From contig CAYNZZ010000007.1 in NCBI GenBank assembly GCA_964401865.1, forward strand, positions 30,001-62,000: a stretch of DNA of 32,000 bases, written 5' to 3'. A program made the position numbers and the translations under genes. Of this stretch, positions 17,806-26,055 are shown piece by piece (position 1 is the first letter of the stretch; every line of letters starts with the position of its first letter). The notes below the pieces were generated by a model. The model was not told the origin of the DNA. It saw only the letters and a list, made by a program, of their open reading frames with translations, and searched no databases. Source of the stretch: an uncultured Erysipelotrichaceae bacterium (GTDB taxonomy: Bacteria; Bacillota_I; Bacilli_A; Erysipelotrichales; Erysipelotrichaceae).

Positions 17806-19464
17806 ATGACAAATAAAGTTTCAAAAATTCTTTCTTATGAAGAGGAATTAGCTCTTCGCCAACCAATTGAAGAGCATATCAGTAAAATTCAGGCAGTTAT
17901 TGATGATTTAAGATTCAATGGTACCCATAAAGTAATTGAGTATTCAGAAGAAATCGACACCGTCAAAAGAGATAAAATCTATTCTGCAGAAGAAAAAGCA
18001 AGTCGTTTAAAAGAACTGAGCGCAGAATTAGAAAAAGCTAAAGCAGTTGAAACAGCTAATAAAAAAGCAATAAATGATAAAATAGCTGAAGCAGAAAAGT
18101 ATTTAAGTGAACATTTTAATAGAGATTACTATGATGCAGTAGTTCAAAGCTGTAAATTAGAGGCTCAAGAAGCTAAGAAGATCTATGATGATAAGCTAAA
18201 AGAGTTAGCTGATGAACATCAAAAATTATTGGCCGCTGCTCATAACGAACAGGAGAAGAAAGAAGAGAAATATATCTATAAAAATCGCTTGTTCGATGCC
18301 AAACTTAAATATCAGAAAAATTTGCAAGATATTAAGGATAAAAAGCACAATGCATTCTCTTACAAATATCATCTATTAGATTTGCTAAGAATGTCTAGTT
18401 TTACATTTGCAGAGAATTTTGCCAAGAGAATTGAAAACTATCAATATACGTTCAATAGTCGTGATTTCTTGTTGAAAAACGGTTTGTATATCGCAATCAT
18501 TATTGTGTTTATTGGCTTGTGTATTATTACACCGCTCGTTAAGAATGGTTTGCAATTATTGACTATCAACAATATTTTAAATATTCTTCAACAAGCTTCA
18601 CCAAGAATGTTTTTAGCACTAGGCGTTGCTGGACTAATCATGTTGGCAGGTACTGATTTATCGGTAGGTCGTATGGTTGGTATGGGTATGACTACTGCAA
18701 CAATCATTATGCACCAAGGTCCGAACACTGGTGGAGTATTCGGTCACATTTTTGATTTCAGTGGTCTGCCTGTAATCGTTAGAGTGCTATTCGCATTACT
18801 TGTATGTATTGTTTTGTGTACATTCTTCACTTCAATTGCCGGTTTCTTTACAGCTAAATTTAAGATGCATCCATTTATTGCTACAATGGCAAATATGTTA
18901 GTTATCTTTGGATTGGTGTCTTATTCAACTAAAGGTGTATCTTTTGGTGCCATTGATCCATCAATCCCAGGTATGATTATTCCTAAGGTTAATGGTTTTC
19001 CAACAATTATTTTGTGGGCTTTAGCTGCTGTAATTGTGGTATGGTTTATTTGGAATAAAACTAAATTTGGTAAGAATTTATACGCTGTCGGTGGAAACCC
19101 AGAAGCTGCATCAGTATCGGGAATTTCAGTATTTAAAGTAACTATTGGCGCATTCATTATGGCTGGCATTCTTTATGGATTTGGTTCTTGGTTAGAATGT
19201 ATTAGAATGGTTGGTTCTGGATCTGTTGCCTATGGTCAAGGTTGGGAAATGGATGCTATTGCTGCTTGTGTAGTTGGTGGTGTATCATTTACTGGCGGTA
19301 TCGGTAAGATTTCCGGAGTAGTAGTTGGTGTATTTATTTTCACGGCTCTTACATATTCTTTGACAATCTTAGGTATTGATACTAACTTGCAGTTCGTGTT
19401 CTCTGGAATCATAATTCTTGTCGCTGTAACACTAGACTGCTTGAAATATGTTCGTAAGAAATAG
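17806..19464 (+). CDS. mglC: MglC/RbsC-family permease with an N-terminal charged helical extension of about 210 aa
   Basis: AAGGAG Shine-Dalgarno at 17794-17799. Residues from about 220 to 552 align with the 1020..2018 paralog (GTDLSVGR, AVGGNPEAASVSGISV). Residues 1 to about 210 are K/E-rich with no TM segment. Confidence 0.85.
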   Translation: MTNKVSKILSYEEELALRQPIEEHISKIQAVIDDLRFNGTHKVIEYSEEIDTVKRDKIYSAEEKASRLKELSAELEKAKAVETANKKAINDKIAEAEKYLSEHFNRDYYDAVVQSCKLEAQEAKKIYDDKLKELADEHQKLLAAAHNEQEKKEEKYIYKNRLFDAKLKYQKNLQDIKDKKHNAFSYKYHLLDLLRMSSFTFAENFAKRIENYQYTFNSRDFLLKNGLYIAIIIVFIGLCIITPLVKNGLQLLTINNILNILQQASPRMFLALGVAGLIMLAGTDLSVGRMVGMGMTTATIIMHQGPNTGGVFGHIFDFSGLPVIVRVLFALLVCIVLCTFFTSIAGFFTAKFKMHPFIATMANMLVIFGLVSYSTKGVSFGAIDPSIPGMIIPKVNGFPTIILWALAAVIVVWFIWNKTKFGKNLYAVGGNPEAASVSGISVFKVTIGAFIMAGILYGFGSWLECIRMVGSGSVAYGQGWEMDAIAACVVGGVSFTGGIGKISGVVVGVFIFTALTYSLTILGIDTNLQFVFSGIIILVAVTLDCLKYVRKK

Positions 19465-19483
19465 TTAAAAGGTTTTGATTATA

Positions 19484-19513
19484 AAGGAAGATATTTTGCA
19501 TTATATCTTCCTT
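19484..19513 (+). terminator. Terminator hairpin after the mgl-like operon
   Basis: 11-bp perfect stem AAGGAAGATAT/ATATCTTCCTT with an 8-nt loop. It is nested inside an outer 8-bp pairing (19470-19477 with 19525-19532). The T-tract is weak. Confidence 0.55.
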
Positions 19514-19560
19514 GTTAATTTAGCCAAAACCTAATATTTAAATAATTTAAGCCATAAAAT

Positions 19561-20040
19561 ATGAAAAATGCCTTTAAAAGAAATTTATTAATCGTTGTTG
19601 TGACAATTATCGCTATAACGATAGTATCTTTTGTTTATTACAGTGACAAACCAATGATAGAAGAAAACTCTAACGCAAGAGTAACATTGATTAGTGTTGA
19701 TTATAAAGATGATCAAGAGAATGCTGAACGGAAAAAGTTAGATTTATCAAGTGAAGAAATATCCGATGAATTAAATGATGAACTTATATCTGTTTTTAAG
19801 AATACAAGAATTAGAAATAGAATTCTACCACATTCAAAAATACATATTATAGAAGATGGTGATACTCATATTACAGTTAAGTTATCGCTAGGAAATAACA
19901 AAACAGCATTTATATATGTATGTAATAAACAAGAATGTACCTCTGCTCAAATTGGAGATAAAGATTATTATATTATAAATTCAAATGATTTATTTGAAGA
20001 AATTTCTCGTTTGATATTTACTGAATTTCCTCGACACTAA
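19561..20040 (+). CDS. Hypothetical N-terminally membrane-anchored protein, 159 aa
   Basis: Single N-terminal TM segment (LLIVVVTIIAITIVSFVYY). No recognisable domain and no Shine-Dalgarno. Flanked by hairpins on both sides. Confidence 0.5.
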   Translation: MKNAFKRNLLIVVVTIIAITIVSFVYYSDKPMIEENSNARVTLISVDYKDDQENAERKKLDLSSEEISDELNDELISVFKNTRIRNRILPHSKIHIIEDGDTHITVKLSLGNNKTAFIYVCNKQECTSAQIGDKDYYIINSNDLFEEISRLIFTEFPRH

Positions 20041-20069
20041 TCTAATATATATTCAAAGATAACATAAAT

Positions 20070-20120
20070 AAGAAGATGTATAGGTGAATAGAATTAATTC
20101 GTCAAAAACATCTTCTTTTT
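20070..20120 (+). terminator. Possible terminator
   Basis: AAGAAGATGT pairs with ACATCTTCTT across a 28-nt loop and is followed by TTTT. Confidence 0.45.
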
Positions 20121-20134
20121 AAATCGTAGTCTAT

Positions 20135-20163
20135 CAAATTAAAAGAGGATGATTTAATCATCC
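20135..20163 (-). terminator. Possible terminator for the PLC-like/MFS operon
   Basis: GGATGAT tta ATCATCC, a 7-bp stem. On the minus strand it is followed by TCTTTTAATTT. Confidence 0.45.
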
Positions 20164-20172
20164 AACTCTATT

Positions 20173-21408
20173 TTATTGTTCAATGCGTGTCGTCTTGTAG
20201 AAGAAGAATATTCCAAGTAAGAACATAAAGGCAATAGCGCCGACACCTAAGTTCATACTGTTAGTTAATTGAGATACAAAAGAAACTACAAATGTGCCTA
20301 AGAAAGCTGCTCCCTTACCACAAATATCATAGATTCCAAAGTATTCGCCACTTTTTTCAGGTGGGATTAAGCGTCCAAAATATGAACGAGATAATGATTG
20401 AATAGCTCCCTGGAATAGCCCAACACAAACCGCCAAAATCCAGAACTGATATTGTTCATACAGGAAGATTGCATATATTGCGATACCTAAGTAAGCAAAG
20501 ATACAAATGAATATTAACTTGTGATTGGCAATTTTCTGTGACATCTTCCCAAAAGCGATAGCCGAAGGGAAGGCGACGATTTGAGTTACAAGCAATGCTA
20601 ATAGAAGACTGGAACTGCTAAATCCTAAAGCTGTGCCATAGGCAGTCGCCATATCAATAATTGTATAGACACCATCGATATAAAAGAAGAAAGCAATGAG
20701 GAATAAAAGAACTTTTTTATTTTCTTTTAATTCATTAAAAATATTCGCAAGTCTTTTCCATGTGTTTTTAGCACTGTGTTTGTCGACATCTATATAGTGA
20801 ACTTGTTTATAAGCTTTTAGTAATGGAATAGTTAATCCCAACCACCATATTGCCGTTAAAGCGAAAGCTAATATCATAGCTAATGACAGAGAGATGCCGA
20901 TCTTATCATATAGAAGTATAAGAACAAGACAAAGAATAAATGGAATACATGAACCTATATATCCCCACGCATAACCTTCAGAAGATACGACATCCATTCT
21001 CTCTGCAGTTGTAATATCAGGCAACATAGCATCATAGAATACCAGACTTAATGAATAAGCGGATTTCGTGATGATAAATAGCAACAAGAACCATAACCAT
21101 GATTGCAAGAATCCCAGAGTAATACATCCAATCGCACCAATGATAATAGAAGCTAAAAATAGTTTTATCTTCTTACCTTTGCCATCAGATATTGTGCCTA
21201 AGACAGGGCCTAAGAAGGCAACGATTAAAGTGGCGATGGAAGTTGCATAGCCCCAATAAGCCAAATAGTCAACTTCATTAATGTTGGCACCGGTGGCGAT
21301 TGCACCAAAATAAATAGGCATTATGGTGGTCACTAAAAGTGTAAATGCAGAGTTAGCGACATCGTAGAGTACCCATTTTTTCTCTAATGACGTCATTTTA
21401 AATTTCAT
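20173..21408 (-). CDS. MFS transporter, UMF1 (Atg22-like) family
   Basis: N-terminal signature KKWVLYDVANSAFTLLVTTIMPIYF and about 12 TM segments. An alternative ATG is at 21396. Confidence 0.75.
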   Translation of the reverse strand: MKFKMTSLEKKWVLYDVANSAFTLLVTTIMPIYFGAIATGANINEVDYLAYWGYATSIATLIVAFLGPVLGTISDGKGKKIKLFLASIIIGAIGCITLGFLQSWLWFLLLFIITKSAYSLSLVFYDAMLPDITTAERMDVVSSEGYAWGYIGSCIPFILCLVLILLYDKIGISLSLAMILAFALTAIWWLGLTIPLLKAYKQVHYIDVDKHSAKNTWKRLANIFNELKENKKVLLFLIAFFFYIDGVYTIIDMATAYGTALGFSSSSLLLALLVTQIVAFPSAIAFGKMSQKIANHKLIFICIFAYLGIAIYAIFLYEQYQFWILAVCVGLFQGAIQSLSRSYFGRLIPPEKSGEYFGIYDICGKGAAFLGTFVVSFVSQLTNSMNLGVGAIAFMFLLGIFFFYKTTRIEQ

Positions 21409-22255
21409 AATATTTCTCCTCTTCGATAGGTAATACTTTTATATCTTGCCAGTTTTCTTGGGCGTCAAATGTGTGGCATAAGATTTTATCAAGATCAGCT
21501 TGCCCATTTAAGTAGGCAATCAGATTGGTTGCTAATTTTGGATAACTCTTTAAGGCATAACTGGCTAACTTATCTAAACGCATATTGGAATCTTCACATA
21601 TTGGATTGGCGTTTTTGGAAATTATTTGTGAATGTAAGGAATCATATTTACCCATTACTTTCATTGCCCCATACATAAAATTTCTTTTAATGTCGTTAGG
21701 GCAACGAAGCAAATGAATATAAAAGACCATTGATTCTAATGATTTATGAATATCATCAAGTGATAGATTTTTGAAAAACTCATGAATGATGATAGCATTT
21801 TCTTTGCTTGGAACTATATGGCAGACTGTGTCATACTTCAAAGGGTCTAAACCATCCATAATTAACAGATGACGATCATTCTGAGTCTCGATTTCGGTAT
21901 GCGAAACCTTAGAGTAAAATTCTTTGGCTTCGACATAACTATGAGAGTTATAGTCGAGGACAAAATGTGATAGAAAGCCCAAAAGATAAGACATTAAGGC
22001 ATCTTTATCCAATGGCGAATTAGCATAAGCTAAACGAGCATTAGTGAAAAACTCAGATGCATTTATTTTATGCATATCAAATCCGACATCACTGACTGGA
22101 CATTTATGATAGGCTTCATAATAAAAAAGGATATCGGGTCCATGAACGCCAATATCAAAAAGTTCACGATGTTTATTAATGATATCTTTAAGAGAATCAG
22201 AAAGTGTTTCAATACACGACTTTCCAAAACGATAATGGGCATATGTAGCAGGCAT
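21398..22255 (-). CDS. Zinc-dependent phospholipase C-like family protein (cytoplasmic, function unknown)
   Basis: The N-terminal H-x-x-FG (YAHYRFG), GVHGPDILFY and GFLSHFVLDYNSH resemble the Zn_dep_PLPC family. AAGGAGG Shine-Dalgarno precedes ATG 22255. Confidence 0.6.
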   Translation of the reverse strand: MPATYAHYRFGKSCIETLSDSLKDIINKHRELFDIGVHGPDILFYYEAYHKCPVSDVGFDMHKINASEFFTNARLAYANSPLDKDALMSYLLGFLSHFVLDYNSHSYVEAKEFYSKVSHTEIETQNDRHLLIMDGLDPLKYDTVCHIVPSKENAIIIHEFFKNLSLDDIHKSLESMVFYIHLLRCPNDIKRNFMYGAMKVMGKYDSLHSQIISKNANPICEDSNMRLDKLASYALKSYPKLATNLIAYLNGQADLDKILCHTFDAQENWQDIKVLPIEEEKYYEI

Positions 22256-22327
22256 ATATACCTCCTTTATAATAAGATAATGATAACACATAACTCGTTA
22301 AGCAATCAAAAAGCCTTTGGATAAACG

Positions 22328-22353
22328 CAAAATAAAAGTGCCTTATTTGGCAC
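22328..22353 (-). terminator. Possible terminator after the ECF S-component gene
   Basis: GTGCC ttattt GGCAC, followed on the minus strand by TTTTATTTT. The stem is short (5 bp). Confidence 0.4.
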
Positions 22354-22357
22354 AACT

Positions 22358-22858
22358 TTAATTGATGAATTTATTTAGTGACAGTATCAATAAAGGTATT
22401 AAGATAAACTGTAATATGATACCAGGAATGGCGTTGATAAAAGCACTTGCCAAGAAAGCATTAAAACTGATTTTAGTTATAATGTACATCACAATACCCC
22501 AAACAATTCTTCCTGCCAGCATACTGCCGATTAAAGAAACATAAATAGTTTTGATGCCTTTATTTTTGAAGTGATTATAGATTAAATTAATCACTAATGC
22601 GTATGTAACCAATTCAAAGGCCATAGCGAAAGCTGATGGGAACATCGGTGGCATAGAGAATAAAGCACTTCTTAGCAACGGAATCACAAACCCTACTAAA
22701 GATGCATATGGTAGAGGCAGTATCATACCGGCTAATAGAACTGGTATATGCATCGGTAATAACATATTGCCTAATTGAGGTATCTGAGCTGTAAAAAATG
22801 GCAAAATAATACCAAGGGCGATAAAAAGAGCAGAAACGGTTAAATTCTTTATTGTCAT
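22358..22858 (-). CDS. ECF transporter substrate-specific (S) component, specificity unknown
   Basis: 166 aa with about 5-6 TM segments. Motif LPFFTAQIPQLGNMLLPMHIPVLLAG...PLLRS is typical of ECF S components. GAGAGGAAA Shine-Dalgarno upstream. Confidence 0.7.
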   Translation of the reverse strand: MTIKNLTVSALFIALGIILPFFTAQIPQLGNMLLPMHIPVLLAGMILPLPYASLVGFVIPLLRSALFSMPPMFPSAFAMAFELVTYALVINLIYNHFKNKGIKTIYVSLIGSMLAGRIVWGIVMYIITKISFNAFLASAFINAIPGIILQFILIPLLILSLNKFIN

Positions 22859-22870
22859 ATTTTTTCCTCT

Positions 22871-23863
22871 CTAAAAATAATCATCAGTATTAATGACGAT
22901 GTCTGAATCTTTGTCTATCTGACATTCATTGAAGTATTTTTGTTCCTTAACAAGCCAAGTATTAACAAAGTTATCGATATTGAAGTTTTCTCTTTTTTTG
23001 AGTCTTTGTATCTGTTTTTTGGGACTGCACTTTAAAAAGACTTTTAAATCGTAATACTTTTGTAATTCCGGAAGCATAGAATATGTTCCTTCAATTAACA
23101 GTATCTTATAATTATCAATCTTAACGGAAGGTAGATAACTTTGACTCGAACAGCTAAATGGTTGATATTCGATATTTTCATTTAAGACATGTTTTTTAAA
23201 ATAAGCAATATTCATATTACCGGCTATCGTATCAAACCAATCGACGCCTCTTTCTTTTTTAGGTAAGTAAAAATCATCAAGATGAATTATTTCTAACTCA
23301 AAAACAGATGCCAGAATATTTGCTAATTCACTTTTACCACTGGCACACATGCCATCAATAGCAATAGTAATGCGATTTTTATCTTTGCTTATATTTTTGA
23401 TCTTATCAATTAGTTTGAAATAACTGGCGTAGTCTTTATTTAATAATCGGTAGTGAGGGTGATAATTCTTTTTATAGACATCGCTATGTGAAATAGGTTT
23501 AATGCCACCGGCTAAATAATTATCAATAGTGTCTTTACTACCAAAAAGTTCTACAATGACGTCAAGATAATTAAAGAACAAATCATTAGTTGTCGTATGC
23601 TGCATCGACAATAAAAATAAGTCCGACAATGTGTCTAGATTGGTGTGGTGGTCAAAATAAAAGCGAGCATAATTGTTAGTTAAATACTCTACTCTTTCTA
23701 TATCGTTACATTCTTCCTTTTTGAGATTATCAACAATTGCTTGTTTATCCTGGTTCATGTGGTAGGGTCCATAAGCACACTGATAAGCAAGTTTGATATC
23801 ATCAAAAATATCCATTAAAGGATACTTTTGATGATGTTTTAATAATAAATCATGGAACTCCAT
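22871..23863 (-). CDS. Two-domain protein: unknown N-terminal domain plus C-terminal P-loop kinase (uridine kinase/PRK-like)
   Basis: Walker A IAIDGMCASGKSE at about residue 170, followed by IHLDDFY. The first 165 aa or so have no motif I recognise. The start lies 1 nt after the DUF362 stop. Confidence 0.6.
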   Translation of the reverse strand: MEFHDLLLKHHQKYPLMDIFDDIKLAYQCAYGPYHMNQDKQAIVDNLKKEECNDIERVEYLTNNYARFYFDHHTNLDTLSDLFLLSMQHTTTNDLFFNYLDVIVELFGSKDTIDNYLAGGIKPISHSDVYKKNYHPHYRLLNKDYASYFKLIDKIKNISKDKNRITIAIDGMCASGKSELANILASVFELEIIHLDDFYLPKKERGVDWFDTIAGNMNIAYFKKHVLNENIEYQPFSCSSQSYLPSVKIDNYKILLIEGTYSMLPELQKYYDLKVFLKCSPKKQIQRLKKRENFNIDNFVNTWLVKEQKYFNECQIDKDSDIVINTDDYF

Positions 23864-23864
23864 G

Positions 23865-24731
23865 TTAGATTTCGATTAATTCGTATTCTCTACTACCAAA
23901 TCCCAATTCATTAGCAGACTCAATAGTACGGATACCATTTCTTGATTCGATTCTTTCGATCAATTCTTTTTGTCCCGGATCATCTGTTGCTCCATATACT
24001 AAATCTATACATGCTTGATCGATGGCGATTGGATCTAATGAAGCCAAAATGCCGATATCTTTCATACAAGGATCTTCAGCCACTGCACAACAGTCGCAAT
24101 CTACAGACATATTCTTCATGACATTGATATAAGCTACATTTCCTTTGAAATATGATACAACACTACTGGCAGCATCAGCCATAGCATCCAAGAATGAATC
24201 ATGATCGGAATTCCAGAAATCATCAACATTACCAACGCCATGAATGTAGGCTTTACCATATGAACTGGCAACGCCAATAGATAATTGTTTAATGGCTCCA
24301 CCAAAGCCACCCATTGGATGTCCCTTGAAATGTGATAATACTAGCAACGAATCATAATTGGTTATATTTTTACCGACATAGTTGGCTTTGATAACTTTGC
24401 CATTTGGAATGTCTAATTTTAAATCTGGCCCTTCAGCATCTAAGATATCAACTTTGAAGTCTTTGTCCCAACCGTGTTTTTTGATTAGTTCTCTATGTTT
24501 TTCGGTTGTGTTTCTAGCGCCTTCGTATGCAGTGTTACACTCAACGATAGTACCGTCAACTTTTTCAGTGATGTTTTTCCAAAAATCAGGTCTTAAAAAG
24601 TTCTGATTTCCTTCTTCGCCAGAGTGAACTTTGATTGCTACATTGCCAGGAAGGTCAACATTTAACATTTCATATAATGCTAATACTTTTTCTGGAGTAA
24701 TTTCTTTTGTAAAATACACTTTTGATTTCAT
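23865..24731 (-). CDS. DUF362 domain-containing protein (Cys-rich, probable metal/Fe-S site)
   Basis: The N-terminus KVYFTKEITPEKV...VAIKVHSGEEGN and the Cys cluster VDCDCCAVAEDPC are typical of DUF362 proteins. AAAGGAGAAG Shine-Dalgarno upstream. Confidence 0.65.
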   Translation of the reverse strand: MKSKVYFTKEITPEKVLALYEMLNVDLPGNVAIKVHSGEEGNQNFLRPDFWKNITEKVDGTIVECNTAYEGARNTTEKHRELIKKHGWDKDFKVDILDAEGPDLKLDIPNGKVIKANYVGKNITNYDSLLVLSHFKGHPMGGFGGAIKQLSIGVASSYGKAYIHGVGNVDDFWNSDHDSFLDAMADAASSVVSYFKGNVAYINVMKNMSVDCDCCAVAEDPCMKDIGILASLDPIAIDQACIDLVYGATDDPGQKELIERIESRNGIRTIESANELGFGSREYELIEI

Positions 24732-24757
24732 AATTATAACTTCTCCTTTATATAAAA

Positions 24758-24766
24758 ATTATAACA
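24758..24766 (-). promoter_or_regulatory. Extended -10 promoter (TGTTATAAT) for the DUF362, kinase, ECF-S operon
   Basis: Minus-strand TGTTATAAT is the complement of 24758-24766, about 27 nt upstream of the ATG at 24731. Confidence 0.55.
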
Positions 24767-24801
24767 CTTGAAACTAATGCTAGTTTTAAGTTGATAAAAA
24801 A

Positions 24802-25335
24802 TTATTTGATGTCTATCCAATATCTTTGTAGCACCTTGCCATCATAAATGACTTCATTTTCAAGAATGCCACCATTATTCATAATTGATTTGGCTGAACC
24901 GATATTGGTTTTATCGCAAGTCATCAATACTCTATCGATGTTTAGCTCTCGACATTTTTCTAATGCCAAGGCAATCATTTTTGTTGCATAACCTTTTCTT
25001 CTTTGACTTGGTCTTATGCCATCACCGATATGCCCGCCATATTTTAATAGATGTTCATTAAGTGAATGTCTGATGTCGATAGCTCCTAGCATGATATCAT
25101 CTTCATCATCATATAAGAAATATGTTGATGAAGGCACAATGCCAGAACTTTCATTGCCTTTACCATCGATTTCTAATTGCTTGATGTAATAATCATAGTC
25201 AGCTATGTCGTGTTTGAAGATGGCGTAAGGCGTAAGACTGTCGCCAGAATCTTCGATATGGTTTTTCCACTCGTTAATCATATCAACGATTTGGTTTTGA
25301 TATTTTTTACTAGCTTTTACTAAAGTTAATGTCAT
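24802..25335 (-). CDS. GNAT family N-acetyltransferase
   Basis: Acetyl-CoA binding motif RPSQRRKGYATKMIALALEKC. ATG 25335 has an AAAGGA Shine-Dalgarno. The longer ORF start at 25377 would overlap the sirtuin gene. Confidence 0.8.
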   Translation of the reverse strand: MTLTLVKASKKYQNQIVDMINEWKNHIEDSGDSLTPYAIFKHDIADYDYYIKQLEIDGKGNESSGIVPSSTYFLYDDEDDIMLGAIDIRHSLNEHLLKYGGHIGDGIRPSQRRKGYATKMIALALEKCRELNIDRVLMTCDKTNIGSAKSIMNNGGILENEVIYDGKVLQRYWIDIK

Positions 25336-25345
25336 ATTTATCCTT

Positions 25346-26053
25346 TCATATTTTTGAGATGATATTAATGATGTCATCGTTAATTACCAAGTCAGCGATA
25401 TTGTCATATGGAGTATTTGATTTATTTAATAGTATTAGCTTATCGCCAGTAAAATAGCGAATAAAACTAGCGGCTGGATATACCACTAAAGAAGTGCCGA
25501 TAACGATAAGCGTTTTAGCGTTAGAGATAGCTGTAATAGCATTTTTAATCACTTGATTATCTAAACTTTCTTCGTATAAGACAACATCAGGTTTGATAAT
25601 GCCACCACATTCGCAATATGGGATATCTTTAAAATTCATTATGGCGTCTAAACCATATTGTTTATGGCACTTCATACAATAATTATTATGAATAGTTCCA
25701 TGCAGCTCTATCACATTTTTACTTCCTGCCATATGGTGCAACCCATCGATGTTTTGTGTGATAACAGCTTTACACTTGCCGATTTTTTCAAGTTCGCTAA
25801 TCCATTTATGCGCTTTGTTCGGTTTAGCATTTTTAAAAATCATCTTTTTCTTATAGAAGTCAAAAAACTCTTTAGGGTTATTTATGAAATAACTATGTGA
25901 GATTATTTCTTCAGCTTTTAAATCGGTATTATATAGACCATCAGAACTTCTAAAATCAGGAATGCCTGATGGTACGCTTATTCCGGCACCGGTAAAAAAG
26001 ACGATGTCGTCACTACTCTTGATAATTTGTTTAAGTTCTTCGTATTTATCCAT
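25346..26053 (-). CDS. cobB: NAD-dependent protein deacylase, Sir2/CobB family
   Basis: Motifs GAGISVPSGIPDFRS, TQNIDGLH and a zinc ribbon CMKC...CECGG. Confidence 0.88.
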   Translation of the reverse strand: MDKYEELKQIIKSSDDIVFFTGAGISVPSGIPDFRSSDGLYNTDLKAEEIISHSYFINNPKEFFDFYKKKMIFKNAKPNKAHKWISELEKIGKCKAVITQNIDGLHHMAGSKNVIELHGTIHNNYCMKCHKQYGLDAIMNFKDIPYCECGGIIKPDVVLYEESLDNQVIKNAITAISNAKTLIVIGTSLVVYPAASFIRYFTGDKLILLNKSNTPYDNIADLVINDDIINIISKI

Positions 26054-26055
26054 AA

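Noticed and set aside
24732-24801. Riboswitch upstream of the ECF S-component operon
   Set aside because: The extended -10 at 24758-24766 leaves a leader of only about 27 nt, and the whole intergenic region is 70 nt. That is too short for any known vitamin riboswitch aptamer.
25346-26053. Sir2-domain protein as part of an anti-phage system (Thoeris, DSR or SIR2-HerA type)
   Set aside because: It carries the full canonical sirtuin deacylase motifs (GAGIS..GIPDFRS, TQNIDGLH, Cys4 zinc ribbon) and is only 235 aa. It has no SLOG, TIR, HerA or Argonaute partner. The neighbours are a GNAT and a housekeeping-type membrane protein.
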